Shown: positions 37,434 through 46,897, counted from the first letter of the stretch. The stretch is 64,000 nucleotides of DNA from Solirubrobacteraceae bacterium (GCA_035693425.1 DASSGR010000195.1:10032-74031); one strand, 5' to 3'. Notes: a model not told the origin generated them from the sequence alone. Translations and numbers: made by a program.

Positions 37434-39127
37434 CCGCTCAGCCTTCGCTGCACGGCTGTCACGGCGCGGAACACGTCGCGCAGATAATCGCGCGTCAGCG
37501 GGCTGATGGCGACGGTCTGGATGCGGTCGTCGGGCGCTGCGCCCTGCGCAAGCTGCCGCATGTGATGGTCGATTCGCAGCTCGAGCGCGAGTTCGAATGC
37601 ATCCACCAGCGTCTGCGCGTCGCCGTCGTCGAGCACGCCGGCGGCACCGGCGACCCGCAACTTGTCCGGTGTCGAGCCCTCCACCACCCCGGCGGCTGCG
37701 CCAGCCCAGCGCGCGAGCTCGACGATCGGGATCACCGCCGCGCGCCGGATGTCGAGGATGTCGCTGCGCGTGCCGTCGAGCTCGAGCACGCGATCTGCGT
37801 CAAATCCAGTCGGCGGGCTGTAGTCGAGCGCGCGTCGGAGCAGCGCGCCCACCACGCGGTCGTGCTCGTCGCCCTCGGCGACGGGCAATGGATCCCGAGG
37901 CGTACCCCACAGCACGCGGCGCTCGACCAGCACGGTCAGCGAAAGCTCGTCGGCGCCGTCTGCCGCCAGCCACTGTGGCCCGCTGCGGGCAACGATCGCG
38001 GCCGCCAGACCGCAGCTCGTCAGCGCTGCAGAGACCGCCTCGATCCACCCGTCGGGCGGAGGCTCGCTGCATACGACCGCGCCCTGCGCGCGCGACGCCG
38101 GCGTGAACTCGCGGCGAGCCTGGCTGCCTACCGCGACCCACACCAAGCCGTCGTCGGGCAGCTGCATCGACGATCCCGCGAGCTCGATCGCGCGAACGGT
38201 CAGGGCGTCCACGAGCGCGGACAGCACGCGCGCGACCTCCACCGCACGCAGGTTCGCGGCATGAAGGTCCGACACGATCTCGGGGAGCCTTCCGGCCACC
38301 GTCGCCAGCGACTCGACGCTCTGCGCGCGCGCGATCGCGCGCCGCGCGCCGAACCAGGAGCGCGGCTGCACCGCGAACAGGTCGAGATCCTCGATCACGC
38401 CGACGAGCTGGCCGCGCTCGTTGACGACCGGGGCGTGGCGAATCCCGCGCTCGAGCAGCTCGAACAGAACCTCGCCGCCCAGCCTCCCCGGCGTCACAGA
38501 GAACGCGGGGTTCGTCATCACCCCCGCCACCGGAGCGCTCAGCGGTACTCCGGCGGCGACGATCCGGGTGCGGATGTCGCGGTCGGTGACGATCCCGAAG
38601 CCGCCGCCCCGCAGGTCGACAATCGCCGCGTTGGCTCCCGCCGCCGTCATCTGCCGGGCGACCTCGCGGATGCTGGTCATCGGCTCGCACCTGATCGTCG
38701 GCGCGCGCAGCAGGGTGGCGACCGGCTGGTGGGCGGGCTCGTGAACGCCGACGCGCAGCTCCCTGCTGCGTGCACGCTCGAGCAGTGGACGCGCGACCGC
38801 CGCGGCGATCCGATAGCAGAGCGTGTCCTCCGCTGCGCGCGCCTCGAATCCGGGCGGCAGTCCTGACAGCATCGCGGCGTGCCCGAACGCGTCTCCGGGA
38901 CCCAGGATGTCCAGGAGGCGGCCGTCGTGGACGATGTCGACGGCGCCGGAGTGGATCACGCGCAGGAACGTAACCGGGCCTCCATCCTCTGAGAGGATCA
39001 CCTCCCCGGCCGTGTAGAACTCGAGCTGGGTGTCGGCGACCAGCTCGCCGAGCTCCTCGGGCGCGAGCCCCGTAAACGGCGGACGCAGCGCCAGGAACCG
39101 CGCGATCTCGCTGAGGCCGGCTTCCAT
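37430..39127 (-). CDS. Second cNMP-CBS-DUF294 protein with a degenerate nucleotidyltransferase site
   Basis: GDAFGHAAML, CBS FGIVTDRDIR, VGSQARREFTPASRAQG (DQD lost), LDIRRAAVIPIV. Confidence 0.82.
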   Translation of the reverse strand: MEAGLSEIARFLALRPPFTGLAPEELGELVADTQLEFYTAGEVILSEDGGPVTFLRVIHSGAVDIVHDGRLLDILGPGDAFGHAAMLSGLPPGFEARAAEDTLCYRIAAAVARPLLERARSRELRVGVHEPAHQPVATLLRAPTIRCEPMTSIREVARQMTAAGANAAIVDLRGGGFGIVTDRDIRTRIVAAGVPLSAPVAGVMTNPAFSVTPGRLGGEVLFELLERGIRHAPVVNERGQLVGVIEDLDLFAVQPRSWFGARRAIARAQSVESLATVAGRLPEIVSDLHAANLRAVEVARVLSALVDALTVRAIELAGSSMQLPDDGLVWVAVGSQARREFTPASRAQGAVVCSEPPPDGWIEAVSAALTSCGLAAAIVARSGPQWLAADGADELSLTVLVERRVLWGTPRDPLPVAEGDEHDRVVGALLRRALDYSPPTGFDADRVLELDGTRSDILDIRRAAVIPIVELARWAGAAAGVVEGSTPDKLRVAGAAGVLDDGDAQTLVDAFELALELRIDHHMRQLAQGAAPDDRIQTVAISPLTRDYLRDVFRAVTAVQRRLSG

Positions 39128-39197
39128 CCTTCAAAGCTACAGCCCGTGCGTGGGTCTGTACGAATTCGTGCGAAGGCCCGCGGCAAGTGTCGCGACA

Positions 39198-39815
39198 CTA
39201 GGCGAGCAGGCCCAGGCGCTGTCCGCGCTGCACCGCCTCGGTGCGGTTGCGCACGCCGAGCTTTCGGTACACCGAGCTCGTGTGCTCCTTGATGGTGTGC
39301 TTGGACAGGTGAAGCTGCTCGGCGATCTCCGGGTTGGTCGCGCCCGAGGCCATCAACGACAGCACCGCGCGCTCGCGGTCGGTCAGGCCGAGCGCACCCT
39401 GCCGGTCCTGTCGCCCGAACACCATCTTGCCCATGCCCACGGCGCGCACCGCCGCGGCGATCCGCGCGGCCGACCAGTCCTTGTACGCGAATCCGGACGC
39501 GCCCGCAGCGCGCGCGGCGTGCGGCGAGATCTCCCCCGCGCCCGAGAACAGCAGCACCCGGGTGCTCGGGTCCGTCGCACGAATCCGCTCACAGACCTCG
39601 GCGCCGGACTCCTCGCCGATGAACAGGTCCACGAGCGCCACGTGCGGGCGATATCGAGACGCCATCGCCAACGCCTCGTCGCCCGAGTGTGCGCTGACGC
39701 AACGCTCGACCCACGGCTGCTGCGTGAGCATCAGGCGAAAGCCCCAGTGCACGACATCATGATCGTCGACGACCAGCACGCGCAGGCGCTCGGGGCTGCG
39801 GGTCTCGTCAGCCAT
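39198..39815 (-). CDS. NarL/LuxR family response regulator
   Basis: VLVVDDH, LVD phospho-Asp, LTDRERAVL...TNPEIAEQLHLSKHTIKEH. Confidence 0.92.
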   Translation of the reverse strand: MADETRSPERLRVLVVDDHDVVHWGFRLMLTQQPWVERCVSAHSGDEALAMASRYRPHVALVDLFIGEESGAEVCERIRATDPSTRVLLFSGAGEISPHAARAAGASGFAYKDWSAARIAAAVRAVGMGKMVFGRQDRQGALGLTDRERAVLSLMASGATNPEIAEQLHLSKHTIKEHTSSVYRKLGVRNRTEAVQRGQRLGLLA

Positions 39816-40932
39816 CGTGCGGGACCACGAGGCGAACCTTCCACGTGCCCGGCTCCCGCTCGCCGAACTCGATCACCCCGCCGCTGTGCAATGCCTCGAG
39901 CGCGGCGAGCCGCAGACCCATCCCGGGCCGCCGCTGACGTCCGTTGACGCCGTCGTTTGAGACTTCCAGGACGAACGCGCCGTCGTGCCGGCCGACCCGG
40001 ACCTCGACCTTGGTGGGGGTGGCGTGCTTGTGCGCGTTGCGCACGGCCTCGGCCAGCACCGACTGGGCCAGCGGCTCGAGCGCCTGCGGGACCCCCTCAT
40101 CGGGTGCCTGCTCAAGCGTGAGTCCCAGCTCAGGATGCATCCGCGCGAGTCGTTTGACCTCCTCGGTGAACGTCGTCTGCGTCGCGCGGGGCGCCCGGCC
40201 CAGAGGCCGCTGCAGCGCCGTGCGCAGGTCCACCAGCGCCGCCTGCGTCTCTGAGGCACATCGCTTGCGCGCGTCGCCGGGCAGGTCGCCCTCGCCGTCA
40301 AGTGCCATCGACACGCCGAACAGACGCTGGATCACGCCCTCGTGGATCTCGCGTGCCAGATCGATCCGCTGCTCGAGCTGTCGCGCGGTCTCGGCCTGAG
40401 TTGCGACGATCCGCGCGACCGACGCCAGCGCTGCCGTCTTTCCCAGCGTCCACAGCAGGTACCGGTCGGCGTCTGAGAGCTCGGCCGCGGGCATCAGGCG
40501 ATCGGCCAGCATCACGCCGACCGCCCATCCGGCGGCGGTCATCGGCGCGCATATGAGACGCACCGGCTCCGGGAACAGACCCGCGTACTCGGAGGGGAAC
40601 TGGTCGCTGACGTCGCCAGCGATTTCGACCACGCGATCCTCGCGAAGTGCGCGCGCCGCGATCGGCGCCGACTCGACGGTCACGTAGGCCTCGGCGAACT
40701 GCTCGAGGTCCAGTCCGAAGGCGCCCGCCGCGCGGACGCGGCGCCGGGCCGGGTCGTAGCGAAAGATGATCGCCCGGCGCATCCGGGCCAGGCGGCACAC
40801 CGCCTCGCACAAGCGGTCATAGACGGCGTCGCCGCTAGAGGTTGGGCCCTCGGACTGAGACAGCACGCCCACGAACAGCTCGAGGGCCTCGATCCCCACG
40901 GTGCTGCGACCCGGTTCGGTGGATCCCTCCAT
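39808..40932 (-). CDS. Cytoplasmic GAF sensor histidine kinase (HisKA_3 type)
   Basis: GAF; AREIHEGVIQRLF H-box, EAVRNAHKHA N-box, SNDG and GMGL G-boxes; no TM. Confidence 0.82.
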   Translation of the reverse strand: MEGSTEPGRSTVGIEALELFVGVLSQSEGPTSSGDAVYDRLCEAVCRLARMRRAIIFRYDPARRRVRAAGAFGLDLEQFAEAYVTVESAPIAARALREDRVVEIAGDVSDQFPSEYAGLFPEPVRLICAPMTAAGWAVGVMLADRLMPAAELSDADRYLLWTLGKTAALASVARIVATQAETARQLEQRIDLAREIHEGVIQRLFGVSMALDGEGDLPGDARKRCASETQAALVDLRTALQRPLGRAPRATQTTFTEEVKRLARMHPELGLTLEQAPDEGVPQALEPLAQSVLAEAVRNAHKHATPTKVEVRVGRHDGAFVLEVSNDGVNGRQRRPGMGLRLAALEALHSGGVIEFGEREPGTWKVRLVVPHDG

Positions 40933-40978
40933 CGCCGCTACCGGGACCGGGACGTACGGGTTGGTTGAGCCGGGCGGG

Positions 40979-41212
40979 CTAGGAGACCCGCGCGTACATC
41001 AGGCCCAGCCTCAGGGCCTGGAATGGCGCCAGGTACACGCGCCAGCTGTGATCGCAGCTCTTGCAACGGCATTCGACAGACGGATCGTAGCCGTCGAGTG
41101 CCGCTTCCCACTCGACGTCGTCGCCGTGCAGGCAGAACGGGCAGGCCAGCGACGCGTTGACGAGCACGTCGGGGTCGTCTGGACGAAATCGGGCTGTATC
41201 AGCCAGCATCAA
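40979..41212 (-). CDS. Small CxxC...CxxC (zinc-ribbon-like) hypothetical protein
   Basis: CPFC and C.CKSC pairs in 77 aa; co-oriented upstream of the kinase. Confidence 0.7.
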   Translation of the reverse strand: MMLADTARFRPDDPDVLVNASLACPFCLHGDDVEWEAALDGYDPSVECRCKSCDHSWRVYLAPFQALRLGLMYARVS

Positions 41213-41354
41213 CGCTCAGCATGCCCCGAGCCCGAGGGCCTCACAAGGGGCCCGCCCGGACAACCCCCCGGGTGGGGGGCAGGGCGATGGCAGCTGGACA
41301 GGTTCGGGGCCTCCACGCCGTCATCGGAGGGTCGCATGTGTAAGCCTTGGCGGT

Positions 41355-42500
41355 GTGAACATCCTGATCTACGGCGACACCGTGACCTCGCCGGCGATGC
41401 GCCACGAGGTGCCGATCTCGATCGGCGATCCCTTCCTGTACCTGGAGACCGACGGCCGCCGCGCAGTGCTCACCAACGCGCTCGAGGACGAGCGGATCGC
41501 ACGGGACGCTCCAGAGCTCGATCGGATGCTCGAGGACCAGCTGGGCCGCGACGAGCTGCTCGGATCCGGCCTGTCGCGCGGCGAGATCGAACGTGAGGTG
41601 TGCGTGCGCGCTGTCGACCGGTTCGGGATCACGCAGGCCCTGGTTCCTCCCGATTTTCCGATCGCCCTGGCGGATCGTCTGCGCGAAGGCGGCGTTTCGC
41701 TGGCACCCGACGAGGATGTCTTCATCGACCGCCGCCGGCACAAGTCGGCCGCCGAGATGAAGGGCATCCGCCGTGCCGCCGACGCCGCGGTGGCGGCGAT
41801 GGGCGCGGCCGCGGTGATGCTCCGTGAGGCCGAGATCGATGGCGATCGCCTGATCTGGTCGGGGGAGCTTTTAACCGCCGAGGCCGTACGCGAACGCCTG
41901 CGTGAGGTATGCGCCCGCGCAGGCGCGCCGGCGCCGCCCGACATCATGGTCAAGGCGATGGGCCCCAACCCGGCCGGCGGGCACGATCCGGGCGCCGGTC
42001 CGCTCCCTCCACACGTGCCGATCGAGATCGACCTGTGGCCGCGCGACGAGAGCACCGGCTGCTGGGCGGACATGACCAGGGCGTTCGTGCGGGGCGACAT
42101 CAGCGATCCGATCGCCGAGATCCACGCCCTGGTGCTGGACGCCCACGAGCGCGTATGCGGCGCCGCCAGGCCCGGCGCTCTCTGCGTGGACCTGTACGGG
42201 ATCGCGTGCGACGTGTTCGAGGCGGCCGGTCACCCCACCGGACGTACCAAGGCGCCCGGCGAGATCCTGCGTGAGGGGTTCTTCTTCGGGCTGGGCCACG
42301 GCGTCGGGCTCGAGGTCCACGAGGACCCGTCGCTCGGTCGCAGCGGGCGGGCGTCCCTGATCGCCGGCGACGTGATCGCCGTCGAGCCCGGGACCAGCGT
42401 CAGGGAGCTCGGGGGCACTCGCGTCGAGGACCTGCTGCTGGTGACCGACGACGGCAACGAGCGCCTGACCGGCTCGTTCCCCTACGGCCTCGTGCCGTAA
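41355..42500 (+). CDS. Xaa-Pro aminopeptidase (M24 family)
   Basis: IDLWP...WADMTR, HG-like FGLGHGVGLEVHE, AVEPG, GTRVEDLL. Confidence 0.9.
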   Translation: MNILIYGDTVTSPAMRHEVPISIGDPFLYLETDGRRAVLTNALEDERIARDAPELDRMLEDQLGRDELLGSGLSRGEIEREVCVRAVDRFGITQALVPPDFPIALADRLREGGVSLAPDEDVFIDRRRHKSAAEMKGIRRAADAAVAAMGAAAVMLREAEIDGDRLIWSGELLTAEAVRERLREVCARAGAPAPPDIMVKAMGPNPAGGHDPGAGPLPPHVPIEIDLWPRDESTGCWADMTRAFVRGDISDPIAEIHALVLDAHERVCGAARPGALCVDLYGIACDVFEAAGHPTGRTKAPGEILREGFFFGLGHGVGLEVHEDPSLGRSGRASLIAGDVIAVEPGTSVRELGGTRVEDLLLVTDDGNERLTGSFPYGLVP

Positions 42501-43613
42501 TCAGGAGGCGAACGCCTCGGCGCGCGCGATCGGCCGCTTGCCCCAGCGGCTTCTGGTGGCGAAGTCCAGCAGCCGGTCGAGATAGTCGCGAAGCTCGGTG
42601 ACGTGAATGCCGACCGGGTCCAGCCGCGACCGCGTGGCGGCGTTATCGAACACCGCCTTGATCGAGAAGTACGGGAAGTACGCACGGCTGCCTTCCAGCG
42701 CCTGGCCCTCGCGGGAGTCGGGATCGATCTTGAACTCGTCTGGCGGCAGCACCTTGGGCACGGGTCGCCGGAAGTAGCCGCTAGCCATCTGGGCGATCTC
42801 GCCGATCGTGCTGGCCTTGGCGCCGGCGGTCAGGTGATAGGTCTCGCCGATTCCGCCGGGACCCTCGCACAGCTCGTAGATCCCGTCGGCCACGTAGTCG
42901 ACCGAAACGACGTCGACGGGCGCCGACGCCACCGCCGGCACCGACTCGAACATGCCGCGCGCGAACGCGCGCAGAGGCCAGTAGAGGACGTTGAAGGCCG
43001 ACGTCCAGCCGTTGCGCTGGTCGCCCACGACGATGCTCGGGCGCATGATCGTCACGGGAAGGTCCGGATGCGAGTGCACCAGCTTCTCGGCCTCGAACTT
43101 GGATTGCTCGTAGGAGTTGTTGAACCCTTGGCCGAGGTCAAGATCTGATTCGCAGAAGTGGCCGTCGTGGGTGCCGGCCACGTACGCGGTGGAGACGTGG
43201 CCGTAGCGCTCCAGCCCGCCGTGCTCCTGGGCCAGCTCCGCGAACTCGAGCATCCGCCTCGTTCCCTCGAGATTGATCTCGCGCGCCTCCGCCAGCGGCA
43301 GCGCAAACGACACGGACGCGGCACAGTGCAAGATCGTCGAGACCTTCTCCGCCATCGCCCGGCTGCGCTCTTGTCCCAGCCCCAGGCCGGATGCGGTGAG
43401 CTCGCCGGCCACGGCGGTCACGCGCTTGGCGTAGCGCTTCGCGCGTAAGCCGAACAGGTTTGAGAGCACCCCGTCGATGCGTTGCCGGGCACCCTCGTCG
43501 TCGTCCGCGCGCACGAGCGCGAACACGTGCCTGTCGCCGCGCTCGAGGTAGCGAGCGAGCACTTCCATGCCGACGAAGCCGGTGGCGCCGGTGATCAGGA
43601 CCGCGCGCTTCAC
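42501..43613 (-). CDS. Thioester-reductase / fatty acyl-CoA reductase-like SDR (NAD_binding_4)
   Basis: TGATGFVG, HCAASVSF, INLEGT, YEQSKFEAE, RPSIV, VVSVDYVA. Confidence 0.85.
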   Translation of the reverse strand: MKRAVLITGATGFVGMEVLARYLERGDRHVFALVRADDDEGARQRIDGVLSNLFGLRAKRYAKRVTAVAGELTASGLGLGQERSRAMAEKVSTILHCAASVSFALPLAEAREINLEGTRRMLEFAELAQEHGGLERYGHVSTAYVAGTHDGHFCESDLDLGQGFNNSYEQSKFEAEKLVHSHPDLPVTIMRPSIVVGDQRNGWTSAFNVLYWPLRAFARGMFESVPAVASAPVDVVSVDYVADGIYELCEGPGGIGETYHLTAGAKASTIGEIAQMASGYFRRPVPKVLPPDEFKIDPDSREGQALEGSRAYFPYFSIKAVFDNAATRSRLDPVGIHVTELRDYLDRLLDFATRSRWGKRPIARAEAFAS

Positions 43614-44653
43614 GGTGCTCCCCACTCCACTACGGTGGCGCCCCACGTGAAGCCGGCGCCGAACGCGCCGAGCAGCACCCTGCGACCAGGCTCAAGCCGT
43701 CCCTCCGCCTCGCTGTAGGCGAGCGCCAAAGGGATCGTCGCGGCGGATGTGTTCCCGTATTGGCCGATACAGTCAACTACCCGTTCTGGCGGAATGTTGA
43801 GCTTCTCGCCCACAGCGCTGAGGATGCGCCCGTTCGCCTGGTGATAAACGAACAGATCGATGTCGGCGAGGTCCAGGCTCGCGGCGCGAGCCGCCTGGAG
43901 GGTCGAAAGCGTCAGCCTCGCGACGGCCTCGCGGAAGGTCTCGTGGCCCTGCATCCGGATTTTCCCGTCGGGACGCGGGACGAAAATGTGGTCGGCACCG
44001 GCGCCGTCGGAGCCCAGCACGATCGGGCCGATCCGACCCGGATAGCCCATCGCGCGCAGCACCACCGCCCCGGCGCCGTCGGCGAACACCGCCGCCGTGG
44101 AGCGGTCCTCGGGATCGGTGATCCGCGACATGAAGTCTGCGCCGATCACAAGCGCGCAATCGCAGCGCCCCGACTCGATCTGGCCCACACCGACCGCCAA
44201 CGCCGACAGAAATCCGGTGCAGGCCGCACCGATGTCGAACGCCCCGGCGCGCCGCGCACCCAGGCCGTGGGCGACCAGCGGGGCGGCGTTGGGCATCACC
44301 TCGTCGGGGGTGGTGGTCGCCACGAGCACGAGCTCAACATCCGCCGCAGCGACCCCGGCACGCTCGAGCGCGAGCGAGCCGGCATCGATCGCATGCGTCG
44401 CCAGCCGCTCCTGCGGGGCGGCGATGTGGCGGGAGTGGATCCCGGTGCGGCGGACGATCCAATCGTCGGTGACGCCGATCCGCGACGCGATCTCGGCGTT
44501 CCCGACAACGGACCGGGGGAGGCTGACGGCGACCGACGACATCGCTGCGCCCACCCTCGCCGGAGGCTGAATCGGCTCGTGCGAGCGTGGATCGGCGCTG
44601 GGGGTCGTGATCGTCACTGCAGTAAAGCTCGCCCAGGCATGGGGAGATGCCAA
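43610..44653 (-). CDS. fabH: 3-oxoacyl-ACP synthase III (start uncertain)
   Basis: Catalytic C-H-N: AACTGF, YHQANGRI, GNTSAA; FGAGFTWG. Confidence 0.9.
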   Translation of the reverse strand: MASPHAWASFTAVTITTPSADPRSHEPIQPPARVGAAMSSVAVSLPRSVVGNAEIASRIGVTDDWIVRRTGIHSRHIAAPQERLATHAIDAGSLALERAGVAAADVELVLVATTTPDEVMPNAAPLVAHGLGARRAGAFDIGAACTGFLSALAVGVGQIESGRCDCALVIGADFMSRITDPEDRSTAAVFADGAGAVVLRAMGYPGRIGPIVLGSDGAGADHIFVPRPDGKIRMQGHETFREAVARLTLSTLQAARAASLDLADIDLFVYHQANGRILSAVGEKLNIPPERVVDCIGQYGNTSAATIPLALAYSEAEGRLEPGRRVLLGAFGAGFTWGATVVEWGAP

Positions 44654-44713
44654 CGATGGCGCTTCGCAAACCCGACAGACGGGGGGTTACCCGCGTGCGC
44701 GCGTAACGCGGCG

Positions 44714-45229
44714 TTAACCAGGGTTGTATTGCCCGCCCGGGCCGGCCGCGAGCTCGTCGATCAGCGCCGCGAGCCGCATCAGCAGGTCGGGCGCGAGCTC
44801 CCGCTCCACCTCGGGCAGGGACGCGTAGAACGCGCGCTGGCGGCCACGGAGCCATCCATCCTGGTTCCCGAGGGCGCCGCGCCCGAAGTCGGTGAGCGTG
44901 ACCGTGACGCCGCGCCGGTCGTGCGACGAGCGCTCGCGCATGATGATCCCGCGGCGCTCGAGCGCGTCGAGGATCCGAGTCGCCGTCGACGCCGTGATTC
45001 CAGCCTCCACCGCGAGATCGCTGACGCGGGCCTCCTCGCGCGTCGCCAGCGCCTGCAGCAGCGCGTACTGCGAGAGCGTCAGCGTGCCGTTGCCGCCCGA
45101 CTGCTGGGCGGTAGTTCCGCGGGCGCGGCGAACAGCCTGGGCGAACGCGTCGAACGCCGCGAGGAACGCGTCGCCGTCTTCGTTGATCGGCTGAAGCGCC
45201 AGCGGTTGCGCTTGCCCGGACCCATCCAT
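44714..45229 (-). CDS. MarR family regulator
   Basis: LTLSQYALL, TASTATRILDALERRGII.R...DRRGVTVTLT. Confidence 0.88.
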   Translation of the reverse strand: MDGSGQAQPLALQPINEDGDAFLAAFDAFAQAVRRARGTTAQQSGGNGTLTLSQYALLQALATREEARVSDLAVEAGITASTATRILDALERRGIIMRERSSHDRRGVTVTLTDFGRGALGNQDGWLRGRQRAFYASLPEVERELAPDLLMRLAALIDELAAGPGGQYNPG

Positions 45230-45258
45230 GAGAATCAGATTATCAGTTAAGCGTGGCT

Positions 45259-45273
45259 TGCCAATGATTGGCA
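45259..45273. promoter_or_regulatory. Perfect palindrome TGCCAAT-G-ATTGGCA; candidate MarR operator between the divergent marR and usp genes
   Basis: 7-1-7 inverted repeat in a 70 bp AT-richer gap. Confidence 0.6.
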
Positions 45274-45299
45274 TGCTAAGCTTCTCGGAGAGGCAAGCA

Positions 45300-45824
45300 A
45301 TGTTCCGCAACATCCTTGTCAGCGTCGATGGCTCCGTCCACGCGGAGCGCGCCCTTTCGGAGGCGATCGACATCGCGGTCGCCGACCGGGCGCGGCTCAC
45401 GATCCTGACCGCGATTCCGAGGTCGCCCACCTGGATGTGCGCTTCGCTGGCGGTGCCCGCGCCGCCGCCGCTCGACCGCGAGCTCGAGCGCGAGTCCCAG
45501 CAGGTCCTGCGAGCCGCTGAGCGCCGCGTGCCCGACTCGGTGCCCGTCACCACGATCCTCACGCGCAAGCCGATCCGAGACGCCATCCAGAAGCGGATCA
45601 AGGAGGGCAACCACGACCTGCTCGTGATCGGTTCGCGCGGCCGCGGGGCGCTGACCTCGTCGCTGCTGGGAAGCGTCAGCCACCACGCGCTCAACCACAG
45701 CCCGATCCCGGTGCTGGTCGTGCACGCCGACAAGACCGAGCTTTCGGAGCCGCGCTCGCCGCAGCCCGAGCGCGACAAGCCGGTGGCGTCGACGGATCCG
45801 CCCGGCGCGGTCGCTCCGGCCTAG
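45300..45824 (+). CDS. Universal stress protein (USP)
   Basis: ILVSVDGS, DLLVIGSRGRG...LLGSVSHHAL. Confidence 0.92.
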   Translation: MFRNILVSVDGSVHAERALSEAIDIAVADRARLTILTAIPRSPTWMCASLAVPAPPPLDRELERESQQVLRAAERRVPDSVPVTTILTRKPIRDAIQKRIKEGNHDLLVIGSRGRGALTSSLLGSVSHHALNHSPIPVLVVHADKTELSEPRSPQPERDKPVASTDPPGAVAPA

Positions 45825-45851
45825 CTCAGCGCCCGTCCTACCATCAAGAGC

Positions 45852-46892
45852 ATGCGGCTCTCCGTGCTCGACCAGTCCCCGATCTCCGAGGGGTCGACCG
45901 GCGCCGAGGCCCTGCGCAACACGATCGACCTCGCGCAGCTCGCCGACAGCCTCGGCTATCACCGCTACTGGGTGGCCGAGCACCACGGCGGGCCGATGCT
46001 GGCGAGCGCCAGCCCCGAGGCACTGATCGGCCCGATCGCGGCGACCACCAGCGAGATCCGCGTGGGCAGCGGCGGCGTGATGCTCCCCCACTACAGCCCG
46101 TTGAAGGTCGCCGAGACGTTCACGATCCTGGCGGCGCTGTTCCCGGGCCGCATCGACCTCGGACTGGGGCGGGCCGCGGGCACCGATCCGATGACCACGT
46201 ACGCGCTGCAGCGCGACCGCCGCCAGGCCGCACCCGACGACTTCCCGCAGCAGCTCGCTGAGCTGCTGGCGTATTTCGGGGATTCCCTTCCCGAGGACCA
46301 TCCGTTCGCGCGGCTCGCGGGCACGCTTCCGGGTTTGCCAGAGCTTCCAACGCCATGGTTGCTGGGCTCGTCGCTGCAGAGCGCGATCTGGGCCGGCCAG
46401 CTCGGGCTGCCCTACGCGTTCGCCGACTTCATCAACCCGGGCGGCGCCGAGATCGCTGCCGAGTATCGGGCGCGCTTCGTCGCGACCGACGACTCGCCGC
46501 TGCCACGGACTGCGGTCGCCGCGTGGATCCTGTGCGCCGACACGACCGAGGAAGCCCAGCGGCTCGCATCCTCGAGCCGGATGACGATGACGCTGCTTCG
46601 GCGAGGGGAGCTGATTGCTGTACCGCCGCCTGAGACGGCGCTCGAGTTCCTCGCGCGTGAGGGCAAGACGGTCGACAACGCGGTGCCGGGACGCCGGGCG
46701 ATCATCGGCTCGCCGGAGAAGGTCCGCTTGGGGGTCGAGGCGCTTGCGGTCGCGTACGGCGCCGAGGAGGTGATCGCGGTGACGATCACCCACGACCATC
46801 AGGCCCGCCGGCATTCCTACGAGCTGCTCGCCGAGGCGATGGGGCTCGAGCCGCGGGACGTTCTCACGTCCGCCCCGGGCGAGACGTTTTAA
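45852..46892 (+). CDS. LLM-class flavin-dependent oxidoreductase (luciferase-like, YhbW type)
   Basis: LSVLDQSP, YWVAEHH, RVGSGGVMLPHYSPLKVAE, GRIDLGLGRA, WLLGSS. Confidence 0.92.
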   Translation: MRLSVLDQSPISEGSTGAEALRNTIDLAQLADSLGYHRYWVAEHHGGPMLASASPEALIGPIAATTSEIRVGSGGVMLPHYSPLKVAETFTILAALFPGRIDLGLGRAAGTDPMTTYALQRDRRQAAPDDFPQQLAELLAYFGDSLPEDHPFARLAGTLPGLPELPTPWLLGSSLQSAIWAGQLGLPYAFADFINPGGAEIAAEYRARFVATDDSPLPRTAVAAWILCADTTEEAQRLASSSRMTMTLLRRGELIAVPPPETALEFLAREGKTVDNAVPGRRAIIGSPEKVRLGVEALAVAYGAEEVIAVTITHDHQARRHSYELLAEAMGLEPRDVLTSAPGETF

Positions 46893-46897
46893 CAGAC

